Part shown: positions 18,005 to 28,194 of the stretch, one piece after another
How the letters are laid out: every line of letters begins with the position of its first letter
Numbering within the stretch: position 1 is the stretch's first letter
NCBI GenBank assembly: GCA_963665235.2
Contig: CAXXLX010000001.1
Span: 2,176,001-2,240,000, forward strand
From: Candidatus Poribacteria bacterium
GTDB taxonomy: Bacteria > Poribacteria > WGA-4E > WGA-3G
Reading direction: 5' to 3'
DNA: 64,000 bases
Position numbers and translations under genes: made by a program
Notes under the pieces: model-generated
What the model saw: the letters and a program-made list of their open reading frames with translations, nothing else
Told to the model about the DNA's origin: nothing
Databases searched by the model: none

Positions 18005-19615
18005 TCACTCTTTATCAATTTTTAGGATTTCTGAACGAATTTTTAGAATATAGGGATGCTTCGGAGCTTGCCCAAAAGCAGCTTCAATTTCACGGTGTGC
18101 TTCAGGAGTACGCTTCAGACGGTAATAGACAAATGCAAGCGTAGCACGGTGTTCGGGACGTTTATCGCGTACGACAACCGCCTTAGCGAGGGTGAGTGCT
18201 TCGGCAAGGTTTCTGTTTTCCGTTGCGAATAGGTATGCTAATGCATCTTTTGGAAACGGGATTTCTGGTGCAAGTTGGATTGCCCGACGGAAATCGGTCT
18301 CTGCTTTCTCGGGCTCCCCCCGTTTCTGACGAATCAGACCGCGCCACCAGTACCCCGGTGCCCAGGTAGGTTTATGCTGGATACCCAGGTTAAAAGCGGC
18401 TTCGGCCCCTTTCAGGTTACCAGCTGCCTCGCGCAGGTTTGCAAGCTGGGAGTAAGCATCCATAAAGCTGGGTTCAGCTCGGATGAGGGTGAGGTAGTGG
18501 GCTTCGGCCGCTGTCAAATTCCCGAATTTCGTTTCTATCATGCCGAGATGCAGTAGGGCTTGCCGCGAAGAAGGTTCAAACTTGAGCACACGTTGATATA
18601 TTTTCTTGGCAGATTCCAATTGGTTCAACTGCATCTGAACATAGGCGTAATCCTTCAAGGCGGGCATAAACGTATCATCTATTTCAAGTACCTTTTGAAG
18701 CAGTTTTAATGCAGGTTGTACCTGCTGTTTTTCAAGAAGTTGATGTACCTGCCGGAGATAGACTGTAACCAATGTGCGCCGATAGCGTGCCTGCGCAGCC
18801 TTTGCATCTTCGGTGTTTCCGAGTTGGACGAGCACCGCTGCAAGGGCTTTGTGAAATATGGGTTTGTGTGAATGGTGTTGGATAGCGTGTTGATAGAAAT
18901 CGCGTGCTGCTTCAAACTGCCTGCGCTTTGCAGCAACCTCACCTCGACCAAAGGCAGCACTTGCAAGTGTCGTATCCTGGGTGAGTGCTTCTCTAAAAAC
19001 CGCGTCCGCTTCATCAATACGGTCGAGTTTGAGAAGGATATAGCCGAGGTTGTTATAGGCAGCTGTTGCGTCTGGGTGCAGTTGTACAGCGACAATATAG
19101 TATCTACGTGCCTGCTCTAAGTTGCCGCGCTCGGTCTCAATCTGCCCTAGGGCGATGTACCAGAGGGCGGGTGCATTTTCGCCTGTCCCTTTGATAGCTT
19201 TCTGGAACAACGCATCAGCCTCATCAAGCTGTCCGTTGCGGTGATACGCGGTTGCAAGTTTAGCTTGCAAGGGCGGTTCAAATGTGAGACGTTCCGCTTT
19301 CGGGTACGTAGAAAGCAGTTTTAGTGCCTGCTGAAAGGCGGCAATTGCCCTCGGGTAATCCTCTAATTTTGCGGAAGCGTCGCCGACACCGATATGGGCA
19401 ATTGGGAGTTTCGGGGCTACGCTGGCAAGCGTTTGATATAAGTGGAGGGCATCATCCCACTGCTCCTTCTGAAACGTACGTTGTGCCAACTCTAACTGCT
19501 GCCGGACGGTTACAGGATAGGTGGATATATCCCACGGTGAGGCATCCCCGAACATGGGGATGGTGAGCAGAAATAGGAGAAGCCAGATGGCAATTCGGAA
19601 TAGTCCTAAGTTCAT
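18005..19615 (-). CDS. Secreted tetratricopeptide-repeat protein
   Basis: Signal peptide and many TPR motifs (AYNNLGYILLKL, AYSQLANL..AG). Confidence 0.88.
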   Translation of the reverse strand: MNLGLFRIAIWLLLFLLTIPMFGDASPWDISTYPVTVRQQLELAQRTFQKEQWDDALHLYQTLASVAPKLPIAHIGVGDASAKLEDYPRAIAAFQQALKLLSTYPKAERLTFEPPLQAKLATAYHRNGQLDEADALFQKAIKGTGENAPALWYIALGQIETERGNLEQARRYYIVAVQLHPDATAAYNNLGYILLKLDRIDEADAVFREALTQDTTLASAAFGRGEVAAKRRQFEAARDFYQHAIQHHSHKPIFHKALAAVLVQLGNTEDAKAAQARYRRTLVTVYLRQVHQLLEKQQVQPALKLLQKVLEIDDTFMPALKDYAYVQMQLNQLESAKKIYQRVLKFEPSSRQALLHLGMIETKFGNLTAAEAHYLTLIRAEPSFMDAYSQLANLREAAGNLKGAEAAFNLGIQHKPTWAPGYWWRGLIRQKRGEPEKAETDFRRAIQLAPEIPFPKDALAYLFATENRNLAEALTLAKAVVVRDKRPEHRATLAFVYYRLKRTPEAHREIEAAFGQAPKHPYILKIRSEILKIDKE

Positions 19616-20598
19616 CGGTTTATTTCATGTTTTCGTTCTGTGAGTGTACCATCCAAAATGTACCAGAGCTCCCGCTTTTTTTGTTTCGCTAACCATTTCT
19701 CAAGTTCGATTTTCGCTTTGTCTTGGCGAATACGTTCCATGATTGAGTCCTTGACTTCCGAAAACTGTTTTTGGCGTGCCGGGATTTTCCTGATAAGTTC
19801 AACAATTTGGTAGCCTTCAGGAAAAAAGAGCGGTCCCTTTCGTTCAGTGGGTTGCAATTGTGCGACGATGGTGCCTAAGGGCGTATCTGTTGCCAAGGTT
19901 AAAAGATTAAAACGAACGTCTTGTTGGCCTTCATAAGCTTGCTTAATCGTCTCAAATGTTTCGCCCTGCTGTAGACGTGAATTGAGCTGTTGTGCAAGTC
20001 GTTTGGCGGCCTGCTTCTTTTGTTCTGAAGCGTTCGAGGGTACGCTTATGAGTAGGGACCGGAACATGACTGAGGGAGGCGCGATAAACGTTGTTTTATA
20101 CGTTTGAAAGTATTTGATGGCTAGCTCCTCAATGTCCTCGGCGTTGATGGTGTTGACAAATTTGCGGCGGAAGAAGAGCGTATAAATTAGCTGATTACGG
20201 ACCCACGTCTCTAACGTTTCAATTTCCAACGTGTGCTTCAGTAAAACCCGCTGAAACTCGGTATCGGTGGCGTATTTTGCGCGAATTTCCGCTATCCGTT
20301 CTGCCACCTGTTTTTTCTGTTCCGTTACCCTAATCCCAATTCGTTCTGCCTCTTGCAGGACGAATTTGTGTGCGATGATGTCATTTAAACGTTCCATTTT
20401 TTGGTCGACAGTCGGTTTCTGTATATAGGGTTCGCCCAGGATAGCCTCGATGTGAAATTCGTTCTCGAGCTCGCTCTGTGTGATTGCCTGTCCGTTGACA
20501 ACAGCAGTGACAGAATCGATGAGTGTTTGCGGATAAGTATTCCCGACGAACAAAAAAAGTAGAAAGGCGATGTAGTATTTGATATTGGAAAATTGCAT
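19612..20598 (-). CDS. SurA N-terminal / parvulin-like periplasmic chaperone
   Basis: IDSVTAVVNGQAITQSEL, LQEAERIGI.VT, degenerate rotamase domain; 4-bp overlap with the TPR gene. Confidence 0.82.
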   Translation of the reverse strand: MQFSNIKYYIAFLLFLFVGNTYPQTLIDSVTAVVNGQAITQSELENEFHIEAILGEPYIQKPTVDQKMERLNDIIAHKFVLQEAERIGIRVTEQKKQVAERIAEIRAKYATDTEFQRVLLKHTLEIETLETWVRNQLIYTLFFRRKFVNTINAEDIEELAIKYFQTYKTTFIAPPSVMFRSLLISVPSNASEQKKQAAKRLAQQLNSRLQQGETFETIKQAYEGQQDVRFNLLTLATDTPLGTIVAQLQPTERKGPLFFPEGYQIVELIRKIPARQKQFSEVKDSIMERIRQDKAKIELEKWLAKQKKRELWYILDGTLTERKHEINR

Positions 20599-20929
20599 TT
20601 TGAAAACAGTCTACCTGGTTCGTTTGTTTAACGATAACGTCCATTTTTCATCTCATTCAAGATTTGTGGTATTATAGCGTAAGTCGGTTTTTAATTCAAC
20701 ATATTTTTGGCAGGGTGTGTAGATATTTTGTACTTATGTGTTAATCTACCGTGTACCTCGCCACCGTTTGTAAAATGACGGAGTGCTATTTTGGGTTGAA
20801 ACTTAGACGGGGCCTATAACGGGGGCGGACACACGAAAAACGGATTCGTCATTCTGACTTTCCACGCCTCCATTCCTCTATCTCTCCTTTGCTCCTCCAA
20901 AAATTTTACAGACCCTTTTTGGTATCTAG

Positions 20930-20958
20930 TTGACAGCTTTTGTAAATGCATCTATAAT
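20930..20958 (+). promoter_or_regulatory. Consensus sigma70 promoter
   Basis: TTGACA-17 nt-TATAAT, 40 nt upstream of the sulfatase ATG. Confidence 0.75.
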
Positions 20959-20998
20959 AACAGTATTAAGCCAAATTACAACGAGGGAATAAAAAAAG

Positions 20999-22447
20999 AT
21001 GCATGAAAATCGACCCAATATACTCTGGATTTGTAGCGACCAACAACGATTTGATACACTCGGCTGTTATGGAAACACCTTTGTGCAAACGCCGAATTTG
21101 GATAGACTTGCGCAGGATGGGGTACTTTTTGAATATGCTTACGCGCAGAGCCCGGTTTGTACCCCTAGCAGGGCAAGCTTCCTCACTGGACGATACCCTC
21201 GTACGACACGATGCAGACAAAATGGACAAGCTATTCCATCCGATGAAGTGCTTGTAACCAAACTTCTTCAGGATGCAGGCTACGTGTGCGGGTTAGCTGG
21301 CAAACTTCATCTTGCACCATGCAACCCTCGCGTCTGCAAAGGCGTAGAACGGCGAATTGACGACGGTTATGCGCAGTTCTTCTGGTCGCACGACCCGGCC
21401 GATGCATGGTTTCCACACGATTATAGACAATGGCTTACGGATAAAGGGCTCCGCCGAGAAAGCACGCCGTTCGCTGATTCAAAATATGTCCGAGTTATTC
21501 CATCGGAAGCGCATAGTCAAACGACATGGAGCATTGAACGCGCGATGTCGTTCATTAAGAGTGCGGAACGGTTTAAACAGCCGTGGCTCTTTTCAGTGAA
21601 TATGTTCGACCCGCACCACGCCTTCGACCCACCGGTCGCTGCGCTAGAACGTTACCGCGATATGTTGGCTGATATCCCTTTACCGAACTATGTGGAAGGT
21701 GAACTTGAAAATAAACCGATTTGGCAACAGATTGACCACGGAGGAGCTTACGGCGGAAAGTCGGGATACCCTTACCGAGAGATGAGCGAGACAGACCATC
21801 GCTGGGTACGTGCGGCATATTGGGCGATGATTGATGTTATAGACGCACAAGTTGGAAGGTTGTTAGACTGCTTGGAGGTGACCGGACAGCGAGATAGGAC
21901 GATTGTTATTTTTACCTCTGACCACGGAGAAATGCTCGGCGACCACGGCATCTACCTGAAGGGCCCCTATTTCTATGAACCGGCTATCCGCGTTCCCCTT
22001 ATCGTCTCCGGCCCGGGTATACTGAACAACAGCGCACGTTCGGATGCCCTCGTGGAATTGGTAGACCTGGCCCCGACACTGCTTGAAACGTGTAACTTAG
22101 ACCGTTACGCTGGCATGCAGGGACAAAGTCTGCTGCCACTGCTGACAGGCAAAACGGAGCTCGGAACACATCGCGATGATGTCTACTGTGAGTATTACAA
22201 TGCTATGGGATGGCACAGAGAGCCGCGCGCGAATGCAACGATGGTCCGGGATAAACGTTATAAGCTGGTCGTTGCGCATGGGACTGATAGTGGGGAGCTC
22301 TACGATTTGGAGGATGAGCCCGGAGAAACGCATAATCTCTGGGCGCATCCAGATGTCAGGGATATTAAACTAGCAATGCAGGAACGGCTTATTCATCGGA
22401 TGGCGTGGACGGTCGATCCACTTCCGGAACGTCAAGCCCCCTGGTAG
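20999..22447 (+). CDS. Sulfatase (Cys-type)
   Basis: PNILWICSDQQR, CTPSR, GKLH, SDHGEMLGDH. Confidence 0.93.
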   Translation: MHENRPNILWICSDQQRFDTLGCYGNTFVQTPNLDRLAQDGVLFEYAYAQSPVCTPSRASFLTGRYPRTTRCRQNGQAIPSDEVLVTKLLQDAGYVCGLAGKLHLAPCNPRVCKGVERRIDDGYAQFFWSHDPADAWFPHDYRQWLTDKGLRRESTPFADSKYVRVIPSEAHSQTTWSIERAMSFIKSAERFKQPWLFSVNMFDPHHAFDPPVAALERYRDMLADIPLPNYVEGELENKPIWQQIDHGGAYGGKSGYPYREMSETDHRWVRAAYWAMIDVIDAQVGRLLDCLEVTGQRDRTIVIFTSDHGEMLGDHGIYLKGPYFYEPAIRVPLIVSGPGILNNSARSDALVELVDLAPTLLETCNLDRYAGMQGQSLLPLLTGKTELGTHRDDVYCEYYNAMGWHREPRANATMVRDKRYKLVVAHGTDSGELYDLEDEPGETHNLWAHPDVRDIKLAMQERLIHRMAWTVDPLPERQAPW

Positions 22448-22465
22448 TTTCAGTGTGTAAAAACG

Positions 22466-22678
22466 TTATGATACATCCGCGAGATAGTCGTGTTGTTCTA
22501 GCAACTCCTTGTTAGTGTGAAGACTTGCCTCGTGGAACTGATAGTTGTTTCTGTTGAGTTTATAATAACATTTTAGATGTCCGGTGTCAACTGCTTTTTT
22601 CAACGTTGCGGTAGAGATGCCGAGCAGCATTGCGGCTTCGGCAAGGTTGTATTCAACAGTTGAATGACGTATTCGCAT
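22466..22678 (-). CDS. Excisionase-like HTH_17 DNA-binding protein
   Basis: YNLAEAAMLLGISTATLKKAVDTGHL; AAGGAG RBS before ATG 22678. Confidence 0.72.
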   Translation of the reverse strand: MRIRHSTVEYNLAEAAMLLGISTATLKKAVDTGHLKCYYKLNRNNYQFHEASLHTNKELLEQHDYLADVS

Positions 22679-22728
22679 TTTATCTCCTTTAGGAATATAA
22701 CGCAAAAGCGGGGCGGAGGTTTCAAAAA

Positions 22729-23355
22729 TTGGGATATCTTCAAACAGTATCGCGATTCGTAGCAGTACGGTTAAGACAGGTATGGTTAATTTACGCGCTG
22801 ATTCTGTGCTGGTTTGCAGCTGCTGGTCTAGAGGTGAATGCCGAAAATTTCTTGGTACGCTGGGATAGAGAGCTCTTCAACCGCATCTACGATGCCCCAC
22901 CGCACCGCGAACCGATGTGGACAATCATGGAGGGGGTTACAGAGTTCGGGCATTACCGCGCGGTGATGGGAGTCTCAATTCTACTCATGGCGTACGGCTC
23001 TGAACCGCATCAGGAGACAGGCAAGCTTTTGTCTTCCGCTTTCCTTGGAACGGGGATTATTACGTTTGGGATGAAGGAGCTAGTTGGTAGACGACGTCCG
23101 CTTGATGAGACATTAGGCAGTCCCTCTTTTCCATCAGGACATACGTCTCTTGCGTTCAGTTCTGCGACAATTTTAGGGTATCGGTATCCGAGGTGGCGTG
23201 TGCCGTTGTATATTGGGGCGGGTTTGGTTGGGTTTTCGCGTATCTATTTGGGACGGCATTACCTCTCGGATGTAGTAGTTGGCGCGGCGTTAGGCACTGC
23301 AATGGGGATGCTTGTCTGGCATAAACGGGCCCCGTTGTTACGGTGGGAGTTTTGA
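22729..23355 (+). CDS. PAP2 family phosphatase
   Basis: K......RP, SFPSGH and SRIYLGRHYLSDV motifs; start codon uncertain. Confidence 0.88.
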   Translation: MGYLQTVSRFVAVRLRQVWLIYALILCWFAAAGLEVNAENFLVRWDRELFNRIYDAPPHREPMWTIMEGVTEFGHYRAVMGVSILLMAYGSEPHQETGKLLSSAFLGTGIITFGMKELVGRRRPLDETLGSPSFPSGHTSLAFSSATILGYRYPRWRVPLYIGAGLVGFSRIYLGRHYLSDVVVGAALGTAMGMLVWHKRAPLLRWEF

Positions 23356-23413
23356 GAACAACGGGGCGGCTTGTACGTTAAATTGATATTTACCGAGGCC
23401 GGTAAGACTTCTC

Positions 23414-24871
23414 TTAACGGCCTGCGGATGGCGGTGGGGGCCAATGAATTCCACGTTGGCCTGATAACGCGCGGTTCGGGGATGGCCGAGGTTCGCGGTC
23501 CGGTAGACCGACAAGTTCGCCATCTATCACCCATTTTTTATCGCCGCCATAGAGTTCGCCAATCAGGAGCTCTGTTAATTTTGATAGGATTTCAGCGTGC
23601 TCAGGCGAATCGGATAGGTCCCTTAACTCCTTCGGGTCGGTTTCCAAATCGAAGAGCTGTCGGCAGTTTCCGGTGGCGTAGTAGATAAGTTTGTAACGTC
23701 CTTCATGAATCATTCGGGTGGCACTTCCGCCTTCGCCGACTTCTCCGTATAACCATTCCCGTTTTTTGTCGCCTACTATCGGTATACCTTCTACGGTATC
23801 CGGAATTTCAATGCCGGCGAGATGGAGTAGCGTAGGCATAACATCTTGCCATCCGACGAGTCTGTCATCCACCCTATGGTGTCCGACCTGTTTGTCACCT
23901 GCGGTGCCGACAAGGAGCATGGGGACGTTTGCAGAGTCTTCATAATAGAGACGTTTCGCCCAAAGTTTGTGGTTGCCGAGCATATCCCCGTGGTCGGCCG
24001 TAAACAGTATGATAGTGTTGTTTAGCAGTCCCTCTTCGCGGAGTGTCCCGATAACGACGCGCAATTGATGGTCGATGTGGGTGCAGAGCGCATAAAAGGC
24101 TTGGCGTGCGGAACGGATGAGATGTTCCGTGTAACGTGCATCCTGCCTCTGGCGTGATTTTAGCGGTGAAGGCAACTTTTCCGTTTCTGTTGCCCATTCC
24201 CCGAAATACGGCATGTCCACATCAATATGTCGGTACATGTCCATGTAGCATTGAAGTGGTGCCAGCGGTGGATGCGGGTGGCAATAGGAGAGGTACCAGA
24301 ATCCGGGTCGGGTTGGGTCGCGGCGTTTAATCATTCGCGCCATCTGTTGGGTGCTCCAGTTTGTGACGTGGCACTCCTCCGGAAGGTGCCAGGGGCGGTT
24401 GAGATAATCGTTGTTGCACATGCCGTGTGCGAACTGTTGCCCTGCGTAACCTCTGTCCCCGAGGAAGAGTTCATAGTCGTCAATTACGCCGTATTGCAAT
24501 CTTCCCTCTTCCCCTAATAGTACATCGTCGAATCCGATTCGGTCTCGCTGAGGATAGACGTGCAGCTTGCCGACAGCGTAAGCCTGATAGCCTGCATCTC
24601 GAAAAGTTTGTGCGATTGTGGGCAGCCCATTTAAGCCCATCTTATCGTTAAAAACCCTATCTTTGTGGGTACGTGTTGTTGTGCCGGTCATCAAGGTTTT
24701 TCGTGCTGGTACGCAGACTGGGCATTCGCTGTATCCACGTGTAAAACGGGTGCCAGCGCGCGCAAGCGTGTCAAGTGTAGGGGTTTGGATAACAGGATGT
24801 CCGTTCACCCCCAAAAGCGAGTTGGGCCAATGATCGGTGGTTATAAGTAGGACATTGGGTTTGTCTGCCAT
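23414..24871 (-). CDS. Sulfatase (Cys-type)
   Basis: PNVLLITTD, CVPAR, GKLH, ADHGDMLGNH; ATG 24871 after AAGGA. Confidence 0.92.
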   Translation of the reverse strand: MADKPNVLLITTDHWPNSLLGVNGHPVIQTPTLDTLARAGTRFTRGYSECPVCVPARKTLMTGTTTRTHKDRVFNDKMGLNGLPTIAQTFRDAGYQAYAVGKLHVYPQRDRIGFDDVLLGEEGRLQYGVIDDYELFLGDRGYAGQQFAHGMCNNDYLNRPWHLPEECHVTNWSTQQMARMIKRRDPTRPGFWYLSYCHPHPPLAPLQCYMDMYRHIDVDMPYFGEWATETEKLPSPLKSRQRQDARYTEHLIRSARQAFYALCTHIDHQLRVVIGTLREEGLLNNTIILFTADHGDMLGNHKLWAKRLYYEDSANVPMLLVGTAGDKQVGHHRVDDRLVGWQDVMPTLLHLAGIEIPDTVEGIPIVGDKKREWLYGEVGEGGSATRMIHEGRYKLIYYATGNCRQLFDLETDPKELRDLSDSPEHAEILSKLTELLIGELYGGDKKWVIDGELVGLPDREPRPSPNRALSGQRGIHWPPPPSAGR

Positions 24872-25011
24872 AGTAGTGTTTTCCTTCCTATCACAGCGAT
24901 ATTTTTTTATTATCTTATCAAATGCTGTGACAATTCGCAAGGAAAAAAGAATATATAAGTATTTTGATAAAAATATGTGTCTTTATCTATTGTACGGTAG
25001 GTTTTACTCCA

Positions 25012-27452
25012 TTATTCTGTCGCGAGGTACTTTGGGTGGGGTCTGATATTCTCTGGATAGTTGATTTTCCAAATCTGGATATTTGGATGTGTACCTTCTT
25101 CATAAGTTGGGACAGTGTGAACGTTTTTAAATGCATTGGAGTGTTCTCCACGCATAAAGAGTTTTACAGCAAGACTGTTCCATCCAATCTTAGGAATGTA
25201 AAGGCTGCTACGGAGAACCTTGTCCTTATCAAAGAGGAAAACCAGACCACCTTTATCTGTATCTATTGGTTGGACAGGTAAGATTCGCTTGTCTCCGTGA
25301 AAAGCGATGTATGGAAGTTGGACAGGTTCTTCTTTTTCAAACCTTGCAGTGATAGAAAGGTTTTCAAGATCTGTGCCAATAACATCAATTTTGTTTAAAG
25401 TAGTCCTATGTGTAAAAGGTGGTGTTTGCTTTATTTTGGGTTCAAGTGTGTATTGTGTTCCTGGGGCAGTCGGTTGTGGGAGTAAGTAATGGAGTGAAAA
25501 GTGTCTGTCAAGGTGTGCGTCGCTGCCGACAAAGGAGTTTTCTCTGGCGTTGGGGACAAGTTCTACACTAGTTATCATGAGATGTGTGGCTTTGTGTGTT
25601 TTGAGAAAATGTAATGCTTCTACCTCGGATTTTGCACAAAACACATGTCGGAAATATAGATGGATCCAGTGGGGCAGGTAGTGATCTGAGTCTGTGATGG
25701 TTTTTACGTGTGCATGGACGTTGAGTTTAATACCGTATGTCCAATGTGCGGCCATGACAGTTGTATCGTGTGGTAGTTTGCTTTTTATCCATGTGTATAC
25801 CTGTAACAATTTACCGGATCCGGGTATTGCGTCTCGTTTTGCGGCAGCTTGGAGTGTCCCCGTTGCATAACCGCCAGCGGGTCCCCAAAACAGAAGTAGT
25901 GATAGGATAATGGCAGTAAACCCGACAGTAATGTGTTTAGGATGGAGAGTGCACCTCAGAAATTGAATAGGTATCTGTTTAACGTTTCGAAACGTGGTGA
26001 TATGCTTGAGGAGTACAGCGGTGCCAATTGCGAATGGTAGTCCGAGAAAAAAACATATCTTATGCCAGTACGTGTGAAGCCTCCCCAAAGAAAGCACCAA
26101 ACGAGAAGCATCATCAAATCCAATTCATATTGTTGCTGTTGCTGTTTTCGTGTCGATGCGATTCCGAATCCGATGACAGTAAGGGCAAACGCGAGAATAA
26201 AAAGACGGTAGCCTCCGGGTGAACCTATCCAGTTGTTTAGAGGGTCCAGGAGAAAAGTCGTTGTGCAGAATAGGACGAGTCCAATAACAAAAGGAAACCC
26301 GTTCCATCTCCAATAGTATGCTGCGGTAGCGATAAGTCCAATACTGCCTAAAATGAACATACTACCGTATCTGTCTACCCAATCTATAAGACCAGGCTCG
26401 CTGAGTTCAGCTACCGTTTTCATCAGACGATTTTCCATGAAAGGGAAGGCGGTTGTGGCGAAAGTATTATATTGAAAAAATACATAGATACCTCCCGCTG
26501 CTATGCCGAACAAGGTGAATCCCCAGGCGAGTTGACGTGCATAGGGCCGGAGTTGTTTAACAAAACGGAGGAGCAGATATCTTATGCTTTTGAGCACAAG
26601 GAGCGCGAGAGATGGCGCGAGCATTAGTGGTCCAACGTATGTTGAAAAACCGTATCCGCTGTGGTACGCTGGACTAATCAGATATAGCCACGGAACAAAC
26701 ATGATCATCCAGAGAACGTATTCCTTTAGGTTATCTTCAGTGTCGGAGGTGCAGAATTTCCATATCTCCGCACTAAGTATAATAAGAACGAATACCCCAA
26801 ATGCTTCCCAACTCAGTCCACCGAGGAAAACGATGAAACCACAAAAGGCTGTCGTAAGCGTTCTGCGTCTTCCGGTTTGCATCCGTTCTTTGTGCAGATA
26901 TACGATGGTTACAAATATTGCTAACATCCAACACCAGGCGTCTCTGTCACTAAAACCAGCAGTACTTCGTACGATCGTTCCAGGGAAGGTTGCCAATAGC
27001 ACACCGACCACTGTAGCAAATAGGAGGCCATAGTATTTAATGAGAAAGAGCAGTAACACAGCGAGACCGAGTATAAAACAGACGACGGGCGCGTACAGCT
27101 GGACATGATAAAGCGTCACTTTGTGGAAGAAAAGTGTTATCCCTTTGTGTGTATAAGCAAGAGTGTAAGCATAGAGGGAGAGGAACTGCCGGTTATCTCT
27201 GCCGTTTGGCAGCCATCGTTGCATGTCGCGCTCGGGAAGATGTCCTTGCTTACTGATGGTTTGTGCCTGTGAGTAAAAGACATACGCATCGTTTGAAGAG
27301 AACTGTCCTTCGGGAATACCTTCTACCCCTTGAATGCGTATCCAGAATGTGAGAGATAGGATACTAAGTAAAATCGCAATAGTGCCAAATCGTCGTAAAA
27401 CCGTGGGATTGCTGTTTAGTTTCTCCATAGATGTTGCATAAAAATACGGCAT
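25012..27452 (-). pseudogene. STT3/AglB/PglB-like GT-C oligosaccharyltransferase (~813 aa), frameshifted in a T7 run at 26047-26053
   Basis: N-half: SNDAY (EL1 Asp), RSTAGFSDRD (DxD), KTVAEL (TIxE/SVSE-like), many TMs. C-half: VMAAHWTYG (WWDYG-like), KTITDSDH, LKTHKATHLMI. One extra T fuses IRYVFF-LGLPFAIG. Confidence 0.75.
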
Positions 27453-27492
27453 GTCGCTTTTTTACGTATCTCCATAAAAACGTTTTCACTGT

Positions 27493-28194
27493 TTAACGGC
27501 TTTGGTGCTGCTGTAGATATTCTGTCAACCGTTTTCGTTCTGTGCGTATCTTGGCAGCTTTTTCTTCAAGGTGTTTTCGCCATTCGCTTGCGGCATTTGG
27601 CTGCTTTGTTGTAGCAATGGTTGTGCGGGATGTTTCGTTTTTCGGTAATGCTGCTTTTGAGATGCGGGATGTACTGTCTCGTCGCGGCGGCATGCTTCGA
27701 TTACCGCGAGAATTAAGAAACTGATTATTGCTTATAGCGAGCGTTAACGATTCACCGTTTTGTGTGAGCGTAACCCGCTTGGGCGTAATAGTTTTGACCG
27801 TCATTGTGCCAACTTGCTGTCCAACAGAAACGGCATAAAAACGGTTTGATTTTCGTTCTTGAATATATGCTGTGGCACTGCTACCGTCTGTTGCTATGGC
27901 AGTACCGAGTAATGTATATGCAGATTCATGCAGGGGCGGCTCCCAATTCAGCGGTCTGAAGATATTGTTATCAATTATGGTTTGGTAGAACGCTTCAGGA
28001 TCAACTTGCTGCATGTCGGTCTCCTTTGGGAGGTGCGACCGTTTTGCGTCCCGATTCACAAGTGCCGCCTCAGTGGGCACGATCGGAGGGAAGGCAGATG
28101 TATCAGGACTGTGTGCAGGCCCCCGAAATAGACGTAACCCGCCAAACACACACAAGATGGAAATGATAACGATATATATTAGAATATATCTCAT
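27493..28194 (-). CDS. Membrane-anchored GspC/PilP-like (T2SS protein C HR-domain) protein
   Basis: N-terminal TM; YQTIIDNNIF, YTLLGT, TAYI, YAVSVGQQVG..TVKTITPKRVTL.QNGE..TL pattern of GspC-HR domains; ATGA overlap with the upstream gene. Confidence 0.65.
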   Translation of the reverse strand: MRYILIYIVIISILCVFGGLRLFRGPAHSPDTSAFPPIVPTEAALVNRDAKRSHLPKETDMQQVDPEAFYQTIIDNNIFRPLNWEPPLHESAYTLLGTAIATDGSSATAYIQERKSNRFYAVSVGQQVGTMTVKTITPKRVTLTQNGESLTLAISNNQFLNSRGNRSMPPRRDSTSRISKAALPKNETSRTTIATTKQPNAASEWRKHLEEKAAKIRTERKRLTEYLQQHQSR

